Both the position numbers and the translations under genes were made by a program. This document shows positions 49,993 through 59,811 of a DNA stretch of 64,000 nt, piece after piece. Numbering within the stretch: position 1 is the first letter of the stretch; every line of letters begins with the position of its first letter. The stretch covers positions 1,504,001 to 1,568,000 of the forward strand of contig CAVYGB010000010.1 of NCBI GenBank assembly GCA_963767925.1. Direction: 5' to 3'. The notes under the pieces are model-generated. The model was not told the origin of the DNA. It worked only from the letters and a program-made list of their open reading frames with translations, and did not search any database. The DNA comes from an uncultured delta proteobacterium (GTDB lineage: Bacteria; Myxococcota_A; Polyangia; Fen-1088).

Positions 49993-50888
49993 GGCTTCAT
50001 CTCCGCCTGGCCCGTCCACTGCTTCCAGGCCGGGATGTCGACCAGGGTCTTGGCCTCCTCCAGGCCCTTGCCCGCCTTCTGCAAGGCCGCCACCTGGCGG
50101 CGCAGCTCGACGAAATATTGCTTCTGGCTCTCCAGCATGTCGGCCCGGCCCACCGCCCCGTGCCCGGGGACGACGACGTCGGGGGCGAGCGCCTGCACCT
50201 TGCCGAGCACCTCGATCCAGCTCCCGGTGTCGGCGTCGCCGAGGTAGTTGTGGTCCCCGTTCACGCAGGCGTCGCCGGTGAAGACGATCTTCTCCTTCGG
50301 AAGGTAGGTGAACACGTCGCCCGTCGTGTGGGCGTCCCCGAAGTAATACAGCTCCGCCCGGCGGCCCTTGCCGTCGTCGAGGATGAGCTGGTCCTTGAAG
50401 GTGAGCTGGGGCGGGGTGGCGGGCAGGCCGGCGTAGGCCTTGTCCTTGGCCGCCTTCTCCGCATATTTCGTGAGGTTCTTCTCGACGAAGCTGCGGCGAG
50501 CGTTCTCGTGGGCCACGATGATGGCGCCCTCCTTGGCGAAGGCCCCGCTGCCGAAGGCATGATCGTCGTGGTAGTGCGTGACGATGGCGTAGCGGATGCG
50601 CTTGCCCTTGGTTGTCCGCTTGATGTTCTTCAGCGCCCGCTCGGCCCCCAGCGGAAAGGCGGTGTCCACCACCGCCACGTAGTCGGCAAACTCGATCCAG
50701 GCGACGTTGGACCCGAGCGTCGGGACGTCGTGGTGCTGCTGGAACCACACCCCCTCCGCCACCCGCACCGGCTCCTCGTAAAGCCGCTTCTTCTCCGGCG
50801 CCGGCCCCTGCGCCGCCGCCACCGCGTAAACACCCCCGAAGAACACAACCCCAAGCCCGGTCCAGACCAAGCGCGACGTTTTGGACAT
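49935..50888 (-). CDS. Secreted MBL-fold metallo-hydrolase
   Basis: THYHDDH, AHTTGD, FTGD, VVPGHG. Confidence 0.92.
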   Translation of the reverse strand: MSKTSRLVWTGLGVVFFGGVYAVAAAQGPAPEKKRLYEEPVRVAEGVWFQQHHDVPTLGSNVAWIEFADYVAVVDTAFPLGAERALKNIKRTTKGKRIRYAIVTHYHDDHAFGSGAFAKEGAIIVAHENARRSFVEKNLTKYAEKAAKDKAYAGLPATPPQLTFKDQLILDDGKGRRAELYYFGDAHTTGDVFTYLPKEKIVFTGDACVNGDHNYLGDADTGSWIEVLGKVQALAPDVVVPGHGAVGRADMLESQKQYFVELRRQVAALQKAGKGLEEAKTLVDIPAWKQWTGQAEMKPSAITHVHGELTRAAARSK

Positions 50889-50972
50889 ACCCAGCCGACT
50901 ACCACGCCCCGCCCCCGCCGCCAAGCCACCGCCGCTTGCTCAGGCCACGGGAGCAGGGTCAGCGGAGTGGGG

Positions 50973-51929
50973 TCAGGGACCGGCTGCGCGCAGGTCCGGG
51001 GGGTGGTCGGCGGCGCCGGCGTCGGGCGCGGGCTCGGCGGCCAGGCGCGCGACAAGCCCCTCCGCGGCCGCGCGCAGGTCCGCGATCGGGCCCTGCCAGC
51101 AGCCCGTGCTGAGGGCGCGCATGTACATGCCTCCGGCGAATTCCACCTGGATCGTCTCGCTGGCGTCGTCGACGCCGGGACAGGGCAGCGACCGGCGCAG
51201 CTCCGCCAGCACGTCCACCCTCTCCGCGACCGAGCTCAGCGGCTCGAAGTCGGTCACTCCGGTGAAGCGACCGCCCAGGCTGCCCCCGAGCTTCTCGACG
51301 AGGCCCGCCGTCCGGTTGACCATCAGCCGCTCCCCGCAGATCCGGGTGGGTGGACAGAAGGAGCTGACCCGCTCGAGCGACAACGCCTCGAAGGCCAGCT
51401 TCCCCCGCAGGCGAAAGGGCCGCCCCACGTCGGGGTCTGGCGCCGCGGGCACCGCCTCGGCGCCGGAGGCGGGGAAAAGCCGCCGGGCGGCCGCGCGCAG
51501 GCGGTAGCGAAGGGCGGCCAGCGGTCCGTCGCTGCAACCGGCGGTCTCCCCACCGACGAACACGCCGCGCAGGATCTGGATCTCCAGCTGCTCGCTGCGG
51601 TGGATCACGCCCGGGCAGCCGGGCTGCTTGCGCACGCTTTCGATCAGCGTCGCGCTGCTGGCCAGCCGGACGAGGGGCGCCAGGTCCTCGGCCGGGAGCT
51701 GCCCCTGGAAGAGCTGCGCGCGGTAGCCGTGTTGCAACCACCCGTCCGCCGACAGGTGAAAGGTCTCCCCGCAAGGAGACTCCCGGGGGCAAGGCCCCAG
51801 GTCGACGTCCATCCGCAGCGAGCGAAGATCCGCGGCCTCACCCAGCGTCCCCTCCGGCTCGATCTCCGCTTCCGGGCTGGCACACGCCGCGAGCGCCAGA
51901 CAGGAGAGACCTATCCGTGACAACTGCAC
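50973..51929 (-). CDS. Hypothetical lipoprotein with two tandem Cys-containing domains
   Basis: LAAC lipobox; duplicated CP-x3-CGE...CPGV...GC-x2-GP pattern. Confidence 0.65.
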   Translation of the reverse strand: MQLSRIGLSCLALAACASPEAEIEPEGTLGEAADLRSLRMDVDLGPCPRESPCGETFHLSADGWLQHGYRAQLFQGQLPAEDLAPLVRLASSATLIESVRKQPGCPGVIHRSEQLEIQILRGVFVGGETAGCSDGPLAALRYRLRAAARRLFPASGAEAVPAAPDPDVGRPFRLRGKLAFEALSLERVSSFCPPTRICGERLMVNRTAGLVEKLGGSLGGRFTGVTDFEPLSSVAERVDVLAELRRSLPCPGVDDASETIQVEFAGGMYMRALSTGCWQGPIADLRAAAEGLVARLAAEPAPDAGAADHPPDLRAAGP

Positions 51930-52294
51930 GACCCCCCGCGGGGCCGCACGTGTGCCCGGCGCGCCGCATGCGCGCCAGGGGTCCCGCACGGCGGCGGGGC
52001 CGCCGCCCTCCGAAGCTCGTTCGCCACTCATCGCGCCCAGGGGCGTGCACGTAGCACGCCACGCGCGGGCCGTCCCGGGCCCGCGAATCCGCCCTGCCGG
52101 CGGGGCGAGGCGGCCTCTCCCCCGCGAGATCCGGGCAGCGGGGTCGCGGTCACGTCGCGCTGGCAGCCCCCGCGCGCAGCCTCGCAGTTTCTACCTTCCA
52201 GGCAATTTGACAGATCTGGTCATCGCCACCGTGACCCCGCCGGCGCTCATCGCCCGGGACGCCCCGGATCGGGGCCTTCCGGGACGGCGCGCTG

Positions 52295-53203
52295 GTGGCA
52301 TCCCGCGCTAAGCTGCGGGGGTTGGCCACCCCTGCCGCCCTGCCGTTGCTTCCCCTGCGCGAACGAACGCTCGGCGGGACCGGTGCGACGGTGCTGCCGG
52401 TCTCGCTCGGCGGCGAAGGGGCGCTGCGCACGACCGGGCAGGCCCGCAAGGCGGTGCCGGTGATCCTCGAGGCGCTCGAGCTCGGCGTGCGTTACTGCGA
52501 CACGGCCCCGGCCTACCAGCAGAGCCAGGACTACTACGGCGAGGCCTTCCGTCAGGCGGGGCCCGGCGCGCGCGAGCGGGTGTTCCTGGCGTCCAAGACC
52601 CACGAGCGTACCCGTGACCGGGCGCTGCGCCTGCTCGACGACAGCCTGCGCCGGCTGGGGACGACCTGGCTCGACCTGTGGCAGATGCACGACCTGCGGG
52701 ACGCCGACGAGCTCGACGTCCTGTTCGGCAAGGGCGGCGCGCTCGAAGCGGCGGTGGCCGCCAGGGCCGACGGCCGAATCCGGTTCATCGGCCTGACCGG
52801 ACACCACGATCCGGAGATCCTGCTGGAGGCCATGCGCCGTCACCCCTTCGACAGCGTCCTGGTGGCGGTCAACCCGGCCGACCCCCGCCGCTTGCCCTTC
52901 ATCCCGACTGTCGTCGCCGAGGCGCGCCGGCGCGGCATGGGGGTGGTCGGCATGAAGGTCCTCGCCGCCGGCCAGCTCGTCGAGGCGGCCCCGGCGGCCG
53001 AGCTGATCCGCTACGCCGCCTCGCTCGCCGACACCGTGATCATCGGCTGCTCGACGCCGGAGCAGGTGCGCGAGAACCTGGCGGTCGGCGCGGCCTTCAC
53101 CCCGCTGTCCGAGGCGGAGATGCGCGACCTCGAGCGTCGGGTGGCCCCCGGCGCCTCCCGCTACGACTACTTCAAGCGCGACGGACTGACCCGGCGCGTT
53201 TGA
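52295..53203 (+). CDS. Aldo/keto reductase
   Basis: YCDTAPAY, VFLASK, SLRRLGTTWLDLWQMH, IRFIGLTGH, GMKVL. Confidence 0.92.
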   Translation: MASRAKLRGLATPAALPLLPLRERTLGGTGATVLPVSLGGEGALRTTGQARKAVPVILEALELGVRYCDTAPAYQQSQDYYGEAFRQAGPGARERVFLASKTHERTRDRALRLLDDSLRRLGTTWLDLWQMHDLRDADELDVLFGKGGALEAAVAARADGRIRFIGLTGHHDPEILLEAMRRHPFDSVLVAVNPADPRRLPFIPTVVAEARRRGMGVVGMKVLAAGQLVEAAPAAELIRYAASLADTVIIGCSTPEQVRENLAVGAAFTPLSEAEMRDLERRVAPGASRYDYFKRDGLTRRV

Positions 53204-53272
53204 CGGCCCTCGCCGTGGCGAATAATCGGGCCTGCTGGCAATACGCGCGTGGTTCCCTCGGTCCGCGGTAGC

Positions 53273-54898
53273 ATGCCCAAACCGGTGAGCGAAGCACCCG
53301 CCCGGCCCCTGCCCGCCTTCACCACGTGCGTCCGCGCGTTCGAGGACGAGTTCGACTACGTCTACCGCGCGCTCCGCCGCCATGGCGTCGGCCCCACCGA
53401 CGCCGAGGACCTGGCCCAGGAGGTCTTCCTCGTCATGTGGCGGCGCTGGGCGGACTACGACCGCGCGCGCCCCCTGCGCCCCTGGCTGGCGGGGATCGCC
53501 TTCCGTCTGGCCCACAACCACCGGCAGCGCCGGGCGCGCGAGAGCCTGCGCGAGGTGCTCGAGGTCGTCGACGATCTGCCCGGCCCCGAAGAGGCGCTCT
53601 CCTCGCGCCGTGCCCGCACGCTGGTGCTGGAGGTGCTGGCCCGGCTGCCGGAGCGCCACCGCGCCGCCGTCGTGCTGTGCGACCTCGACGGCCTGCCGAT
53701 GCCGGAGATCGCCGCCCTGCTGGGCATCCCGCTCGCCACCGCCTATACCCGCGTGCGCCGCGCCCGCCAGGCCTTCGCCGCCGAGGTGACCCGCGAGGAC
53801 CTCGCCGGTCCGGCGGCGCGCCCGCTGTTCGGGGGCGCGGCCGCCCTGCTGGAGATCGAACGCCCGCCTCCGCCCGCGCCCACTCTGGCCCGCCGCCGGG
53901 CCCAGGCCCGCGTGGCGGCGCTGGCCTTCCGCCCGCCCGCCCGCGAGCGCGCCGGCGGGAGCGAAGGCGGCGCCCCCGCCTGGCCACTGGCCGGCCTGCC
54001 GATCGAGGTCGCGCTGTGCGGGGCGCTGGCCTTGCTGGGCGCCCTCCCCTGGCTGCCGGCCGCCGCGCCCCTCGCCGAGGCCGGGACTGGCCCGCACCTG
54101 CTGGCCACCGCCTCATTCCTGGGCGACGGCGGCCCCGAGCGCCTCCCGCACCCGCCCGAGCGCCTCCGCCCGCCGATGTTCGCGCGGGACGCGCCCTCCC
54201 CGACCGCGGTGGCGGCGCCGCCCAGCCTGGCCGAGGGGATGGCGGGCTACTGGCGCTTCGACGACGGCCGGAGCGCGACCTACGCCCGCGACCTGTCGGG
54301 CCGGGGCAACGACTGCCGCCTGCGCCGGCTCGATCCGCTGCGGGCGTGGACCGGCGGCGTCCACGGGGGCGCCATCGACCTGCGCGGGCACGGCTACCTC
54401 GAGTGCCGCCAGCACCAGATCCCCGCCGGTCTGCCCGATCAGCTCACGGTGGCGGTCTGGGTGAACCGCGCCCAGGTGACCCACTACCACGCCGCCTTCG
54501 TCACCCGGGAGCTCGCCCCCAACGATCGCGACGACTACTTCTTCGGCTTCCGGGGCCAGGACCTCAAGGTCAGCAGCTCCGCCTGGTCGACCCAGACGGT
54601 GGGCCGCTTCACCGGCGCCCCGGGGAGCTGGAACCACGTCGCCTTCACCCACCACCCCGACGGCACCACCGTGCTCTACCTCGACGGCCGCGAGATCGCC
54701 CGCGAGCAGAGCCGCCCCCGCAGCATGCCCCGGGGCGGGCGCCGCCTGCTGATCGGCGCGGGGCACGCCACGAACACCTCCAGCCTCGGCCAGGACTTCG
54801 ACGGCCTCCTCGACGAGCTGCTCGTCTACGACCGCCCCCTCGCCCCCGAAGAGATCGCCGCCCTCGCCGCCGGCGCGCAGCCGCCGCTGTCGCTCTGA
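53273..54898 (+). CDS. ECF sigma factor fused via a hydrophobic segment to a LamG/concanavalin-A-like domain
   Basis: DAEDLAQEVF...RPWLAGIA (sigma2); LPERHR...EIAALLGIPLATAYTRVRRAR (sigma4); GYWRFDDG...WNHVAFT...LYLDG...FDGLLDELLVYDRPL (LamG). Confidence 0.88.
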   Translation: MPKPVSEAPARPLPAFTTCVRAFEDEFDYVYRALRRHGVGPTDAEDLAQEVFLVMWRRWADYDRARPLRPWLAGIAFRLAHNHRQRRARESLREVLEVVDDLPGPEEALSSRRARTLVLEVLARLPERHRAAVVLCDLDGLPMPEIAALLGIPLATAYTRVRRARQAFAAEVTREDLAGPAARPLFGGAAALLEIERPPPPAPTLARRRAQARVAALAFRPPARERAGGSEGGAPAWPLAGLPIEVALCGALALLGALPWLPAAAPLAEAGTGPHLLATASFLGDGGPERLPHPPERLRPPMFARDAPSPTAVAAPPSLAEGMAGYWRFDDGRSATYARDLSGRGNDCRLRRLDPLRAWTGGVHGGAIDLRGHGYLECRQHQIPAGLPDQLTVAVWVNRAQVTHYHAAFVTRELAPNDRDDYFFGFRGQDLKVSSSAWSTQTVGRFTGAPGSWNHVAFTHHPDGTTVLYLDGREIAREQSRPRSMPRGGRRLLIGAGHATNTSSLGQDFDGLLDELLVYDRPLAPEEIAALAAGAQPPLSL

Positions 54899-54923
54899 CT
54901 CGTGCACCGCCGCGGGCGGCGCG

Positions 54924-55778
54924 CTAAAGCCGCAGGTTGTCGATGAGGCGGGTCTTCCCGACGAACACCGCGACGAGCATCACCGCCGGGCGGTCCACCG
55001 TCTCGAGCGGCTCGAGCCGCTCGCTCTCCCGGATCTCGACGTAGTCGATGCGGTCCACCTCGGGCGCGATGGTCGCCGTCGCCTGATCGACCAGCGCCTG
55101 AACCCGGCGCTCACCGCTGGCCACCGCCGCCCGGGCGCCCTGCAGCGCCCGGTGCAGCACCGCCGCCCGCGCCCGATCGGGCGGCGAGAGGTAGGCGTTG
55201 CGCGAGGACATCGCCAGGCCGTCCAGCTCGCGCACCGTGGGCGATCCGACAACCTCGACCCCGAGATTGAGATCGGCGGACATCTGCCGCACCACCGCGA
55301 GCTGCTGGAAATCCTTCTCGCCGAACAGGGCGAGGTCCGGGCGCACGATCAGGAACAGCTTCGCCACAACCGTGGCCACCCCCACGAAGTGCCCCGGGCG
55401 GCGCTCGCCGCACAGCCCCTGGCTCAGGCCGCGCACCTCGACGAAGGTCTGGTACCCCGCCGGGTACATGTCCGCCGCCTCGGGCACGAAGGCCACGTCG
55501 ACGCCCGCCCCCGCCGCCAGCGCGAGGTCCTGGGGCAGCGTGCGCGGGTACTTGGCGAGGTCCTCCTGGGGGCCGAACTGCGTCGGATTGACGAAGACCG
55601 ACAGCACCAGCGCCTGCCCGCGCCGCCGCCCTTCCTCCAGCAGCGCCACGTGCCCGGCGTGCAGCGCGCCCATGGTGGGGACGAAAACGATTCGATCCCC
55701 GCGCGCCCGCGCCGCCGCCGACCAGGCGGTCATCTCGTGGGGGCGGTGCAGGACCAGCGGGCGAGCGGGTGCGTTCAA
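54924..55778 (-). CDS. panC: Pantoate--beta-alanine ligase (start approximate)
   Basis: FVPTMGALHAGH, SVFVNPTQF, FGEKDFQQ, DGLAMSSRN, RLIDN. Confidence 0.96.
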   Translation of the reverse strand: MNAPARPLVLHRPHEMTAWSAAARARGDRIVFVPTMGALHAGHVALLEEGRRRGQALVLSVFVNPTQFGPQEDLAKYPRTLPQDLALAAGAGVDVAFVPEAADMYPAGYQTFVEVRGLSQGLCGERRPGHFVGVATVVAKLFLIVRPDLALFGEKDFQQLAVVRQMSADLNLGVEVVGSPTVRELDGLAMSSRNAYLSPPDRARAAVLHRALQGARAAVASGERRVQALVDQATATIAPEVDRIDYVEIRESERLEPLETVDRPAVMLVAVFVGKTRLIDNLRL

Positions 55779-55926
55779 GGTCGTGGCTCCGCGACTCAGA
55801 CTACCCGCGTTGCCCGGCGGTTTCGAGGGGCCGCGCCGAGGGAAAAACCAAAGATCCGGCCCCGAGCGGCCAATTGTTCGGTACCAGCCACCGCGCGACG
55901 CCGCGCACCCGACAGGAGATTCGACG

Positions 55927-57066
55927 ATGACCCGCTTTTCTCTGCCTCTCCCGACCGCCTTCTTGACCACCACCGCCCTGCTGCTGGCCGGCTGCACCGC
56001 CTCCGCGCCCCCCGCCGAATCCGGCACGGGAGGCTCGGGCGGCGCCGGTGGCGCCCCCACGGCCGGCCGGGGCAACCCCAGCGTGGGCGGCTCCGGCGGT
56101 GGCGGGGGATCGGGCGGCAGCGCCCCGACCGCCGGCAGCGGCGGCAGCCCCGGCACCGCCGGATCGGGCGGCAGCGGCGGCAGCCCGCCCCCCGCCAGCC
56201 GTGACGGCGGCGCCCCCGCCGACGGCCGTCCTGGCGACGGCCGTCCCGGCGACGCCCCGCCCTCGGGCATGGCCCCGGTCGGCATGGTCGGCGCGACCGC
56301 CTGCCTCAACGCCGACGGCACCGGCGGCCTGGCCACCTACGCCCTCATCGACAGCGTGCTCGGCGAACGGGCGGTCGAGCACAACCCGGACGTCGACCAC
56401 ACCCCCCCGTTCGAGCACGTGAAGGAAGACACCGACGCCGAGGTCGGCCCCCACTTCGTGTTTTACGCCCACTACCCCCAGGACAACGACGGCGCCCCCG
56501 GCGACGACCGCTCGCGCGTCGAGATCAAGGTCAACAACGGCGCCGCCGCCGCCCTCAAGGGCCTGGTCGGCGACACCATGACCTATAGCTGGCGGTTCAA
56601 GATGGACGCCGGGATGCAGTTTTCCAACCGCTTCACCCACCTGCACCAGATCAAGTCCTACGGGGGCAACGAGGGCGCGCCCGTCATCACCATCACCGCC
56701 ACGGCCGCCAACGGGAACACCAACGAAAACCTGCGGGTCGATCACTGGGGCGACGGCACCGAGACCACCACCCTGGCCCGGGTGCCGTTGACCGGCCTCA
56801 AGGGCGTATGGCTCGAGGTCACCGAGCGCATCCTTGTCGCCGACAACGGCTCGATCACCCTCACCATCAAGAAGCCCGACGGCACCACCGTCGTCAACGT
56901 GACCCGCGCCGGCCTCGACTTCTGGCGCCAGGGCGACTACATCCGCGGCAAGTGGGGCATCTACCGAGGCAAAGACGACCAGCTCCGCACCGGCGAGGAC
57001 ACCGTCCGCTTCGCCAACTTCTCCATCACCAAGGGCACCGCCGCCCCCACCAGCACCTGCCGGTGA
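55927..57066 (+). CDS. Lipoprotein with Gly-rich linker and polysaccharide-lyase-like (heparin lyase I-like) jelly-roll domain
   Basis: LAGC lipobox; DRSRVEIK, YSWRFK, FTHLHQIK, KWGIYR. Confidence 0.78.
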   Translation: MTRFSLPLPTAFLTTTALLLAGCTASAPPAESGTGGSGGAGGAPTAGRGNPSVGGSGGGGGSGGSAPTAGSGGSPGTAGSGGSGGSPPPASRDGGAPADGRPGDGRPGDAPPSGMAPVGMVGATACLNADGTGGLATYALIDSVLGERAVEHNPDVDHTPPFEHVKEDTDAEVGPHFVFYAHYPQDNDGAPGDDRSRVEIKVNNGAAAALKGLVGDTMTYSWRFKMDAGMQFSNRFTHLHQIKSYGGNEGAPVITITATAANGNTNENLRVDHWGDGTETTTLARVPLTGLKGVWLEVTERILVADNGSITLTIKKPDGTTVVNVTRAGLDFWRQGDYIRGKWGIYRGKDDQLRTGEDTVRFANFSITKGTAAPTSTCR

Positions 57067-57292
57067 TAGCACCTCCGGCCTGACACCCCGGCGCCGAGCC
57101 CCATTCCGTTCCACGCAAGCTGAGCCGCGCGGCGGCACCGGCGCCCCCAAACTGGTGGCGCGCGCGACACCTCGTGGCTCGAGCTCCTTAGCCTGCGCAG
57201 GCGGGAGGGGGGCCTGTCGGTGCGGCGCCCGCTTTTGCTGGCGGTCGTGGCGCGACTCGGAGGCGGCGGCCAGATCCGGGTGGTGTGGCAGC

Positions 57293-58290
57293 ATGGACGG
57301 CTCGTCGGTGGCTGAGGTGTGGCCGCGCCTGCGGCGGGGGCTGCAGGGCCTGGCCGCCTGGGTGGGCAGCGGGCCGCAGGCGGTTGTCGAGGGGCGCTCG
57401 GGGAACGCCTGCGGGACGCGCGGCTACCGCCTGCATCGGCCTTGTGGGCGTCACCTCGGCCGCCGGCCGCTCGTCGTCATGTTGCACGGGTGCCGGCAGG
57501 ACCCGGGCGACTTCGCGGCGGGCACCTGCATGCATGCACGGGGCAAGGGGCGGGGCTGCTTCGTGCTTTACCCGGGGCAGGACCGACGGGCCAATCCCCA
57601 GGGGGTGCTGGAACTGGTTCGAGGTTGCGCACCAGGACCGCGATGGGGACGAGCCGTCGATCCTCGCCGACATGGTCCGCGAGGTCATCGCGGGGCCACC
57701 CCATCGACCCGGGGCGGGTCTATGTGGCCGGGCTCTCGGCGGGCGGCGCGATGGCCGCCATCCTCGCGGCGACCCACCCCGAGCTCTTCGCCGCGGTCGG
57801 CATCCATTCCGGCCTGCCGCGGGCGGTGGCGTCGAGCCTCACCTCGGCCCTCATCGTGATGAAGCGCGGGCCCGCGAGGCGCGGGGTCCGATCGATCAGG
57901 AGGCCGGGAGCCACGATCCCGACCATCGTATTCCACGGGGACCAGGACGAGACCGTCCACCCCCGAACGGCGAGGCGTTCCTGGTGCGTCCTCGCGCGAT
58001 TCATCTCGGCGCCGAGGGGTCGACCCCGGCCTCCGCGCGCACGATCCGCGGAGTGGTTCCCGGCGGGCGGGCCTACACGCACCCTGCACCTCGACGCCAG
58101 CGGCCGGGTCGACGCCGAGCACTGGCTGATCCACGGCAGCGGCCACGCCTGGTCCGGCGGCGACCCGGCTGGCTCGTACACCGACCGGCTGGGACCCGAC
58201 GCTTCGACCGAGATGCTGCGCTTCTTCACGGAGCACGCGCGGGGACGGTGCCGGCTCCACCGGCTTCGCCTGGCCGCCAGGCAGCCGTGA
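57293..58290 (+). pseudogene. PHB depolymerase family esterase, multiply frameshifted
   Basis: LVVMLHGCRQD, CWNWF, VYVAGLSAGG, IVFHGDQD, GHAWSGG are spread over different frames. Confidence 0.85.
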
Positions 58291-58299
58291 CCCGCCTTT

Positions 58300-59118
58300 C
58301 TAGCGGAACGATTCGTCGGTCGAGGGGAAAGTCCCCGCGCGGACGTCGGCGGCGTAGGCGGCGAAGGCCTTCTCGGCCTCCTTGCCCAGCTCGGCGTAGC
58401 GGCGGACGAAGCGGGGGGACCAGCCGGGGTCCAGGCCCAGCACGTCGTGCATCACCAGCACCTGGCCGTCGCAGCCGGGGCCGGCCCCGATACCGATGGT
58501 GGGGGGCGCCACCGCCGCCGTCACCTCGGCCCCCAGCGACGCCGGCATCCCTTCGAGCACCATGGCGTAGACGCCGGCGTCGGCCAGCGCGCGCGCGCCC
58601 GCCAGGATCTTGGCCCGCTGCGGGTCGGTCTTGCCCTGCACCTTGAAACCGCCGAGCTGGTGAAACGACTGCGGCGTGAGCCCCACGTGACCCATCACGG
58701 GGATGCCCACCGCCACCAGCCGCGCGACGAGCCCCGCCATCTCCTCGCCCCCCTCCAGCTTCACCGATTCGGCCCCGCTCTCCTTGAGCACGCGCCCAGC
58801 CGCGCGCAGCCCGTCCTCGACCGAGGCCTGGTAGCTCATGAAGGGCAGGTCCACCACCACGTGGGCCCGCACCACCCCGCGTACCACGGCCCGCGCGTGG
58901 TAGATCATCTCGTCGAGCGTCACCGGCAAAGTTGTTGTCTGCCCCTGGACGACCATGCCCAGGCTGTCGCCCACCAGCACCACATCGACGCCGGCCCGGT
59001 CGGCCAGCCGGGCGAAGGCCACGTCGTAGGCGGTGAGCACGACGATCTTCTCGCCGAGCCCCTTGCGCGCCCGGAGCTGGCCCGCGGTGATCTTCTCTCC
59101 TGTGGTTTTTTCCGCCAT
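58300..59118 (-). CDS. panB: 3-methyl-2-oxobutanoate hydroxymethyltransferase
   Basis: LTAYD, LVGDSLGM, VKLEGG, GHVGLTPQ, IGIGAG...DGQVLV. Confidence 0.98.
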   Translation of the reverse strand: MAEKTTGEKITAGQLRARKGLGEKIVVLTAYDVAFARLADRAGVDVVLVGDSLGMVVQGQTTTLPVTLDEMIYHARAVVRGVVRAHVVVDLPFMSYQASVEDGLRAAGRVLKESGAESVKLEGGEEMAGLVARLVAVGIPVMGHVGLTPQSFHQLGGFKVQGKTDPQRAKILAGARALADAGVYAMVLEGMPASLGAEVTAAVAPPTIGIGAGPGCDGQVLVMHDVLGLDPGWSPRFVRRYAELGKEAEKAFAAYAADVRAGTFPSTDESFR

Positions 59119-59119
59119 G

Positions 59120-59761
59120 TCAGCCCCGGCTCCAGTGGTTGATGCCCGCCCGGGTGCGACGGACCACGTCGACCAGGGCGCGCCGATCCTCCCCGCTGGT
59201 CACGAAGTCGATGTCCGACACGTTCGCGATCAGCAGCGGACTGTCCGTGTAGTTGAAGAAGAACCCAGCATACGCCTCTGCCACCCGGCGGACGTAGTCC
59301 GGCTCGATGGGCGCCTCCTCGCGCCGGCCCCGCCGGCCGATGCGATCGATCAGCACCTCGGTGCGGGCCTGCAGGTAGACCACCAGATCCGGCGCCACCG
59401 CCCGCGGCGCCAGCGCCTGGTAGATGCGGTCGTAGAGCTGCAGCTCGTCGGCCGTCAGGTTCAGGCTGGCGAACAGCCGGTCCTTGGCGAACAGGTAGTC
59501 GGAGACCACCCCCCCCTGGGCGAACAGGTTCTCCTGGGCCAGCTCGGCCTGCTGGGTGTACCGCTGGAGCAGGAAATAGAGCTGCACCTGCAGGGCGTAG
59601 CGCTGCGGGTCCTTGTAGAAGGCGGCGAAGAAGGGGTTCTCCTCGGGCTGCTCCTCCACCAGGCGCGCCTGCAGGTCCTCGGCGAGGATGCGGGCCAGGG
59701 TCGACTTGCCCGCGCCGATGGGACCCTCGACGGCGATGAAGCGCGGTCGCTCCTTCCTCAT
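59120..59761 (-). CDS. Deoxynucleoside kinase
   Basis: IAVEGPIGAGKSTL, NPF...FY-DP, PDLVVYLQA; adjacent to panB. Confidence 0.92.
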   Translation of the reverse strand: MRKERPRFIAVEGPIGAGKSTLARILAEDLQARLVEEQPEENPFFAAFYKDPQRYALQVQLYFLLQRYTQQAELAQENLFAQGGVVSDYLFAKDRLFASLNLTADELQLYDRIYQALAPRAVAPDLVVYLQARTEVLIDRIGRRGRREEAPIEPDYVRRVAEAYAGFFFNYTDSPLLIANVSDIDFVTSGEDRRALVDVVRRTRAGINHWSRG

Positions 59762-59801
59762 CGCAGCTGCCTCATCGCCGCTGCCTCATCGCAACTGCCT
59801 C
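59756..59801. repeat. 14-bp tandem repeat x3 overlapping the deoxynucleoside kinase start
   Basis: cctcatcgcagctg / cctcatcgccgctg / cctcatcgcaactg / cctc. Confidence 0.85.
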
Positions 59802-59811
59802 CGCGACGCGG

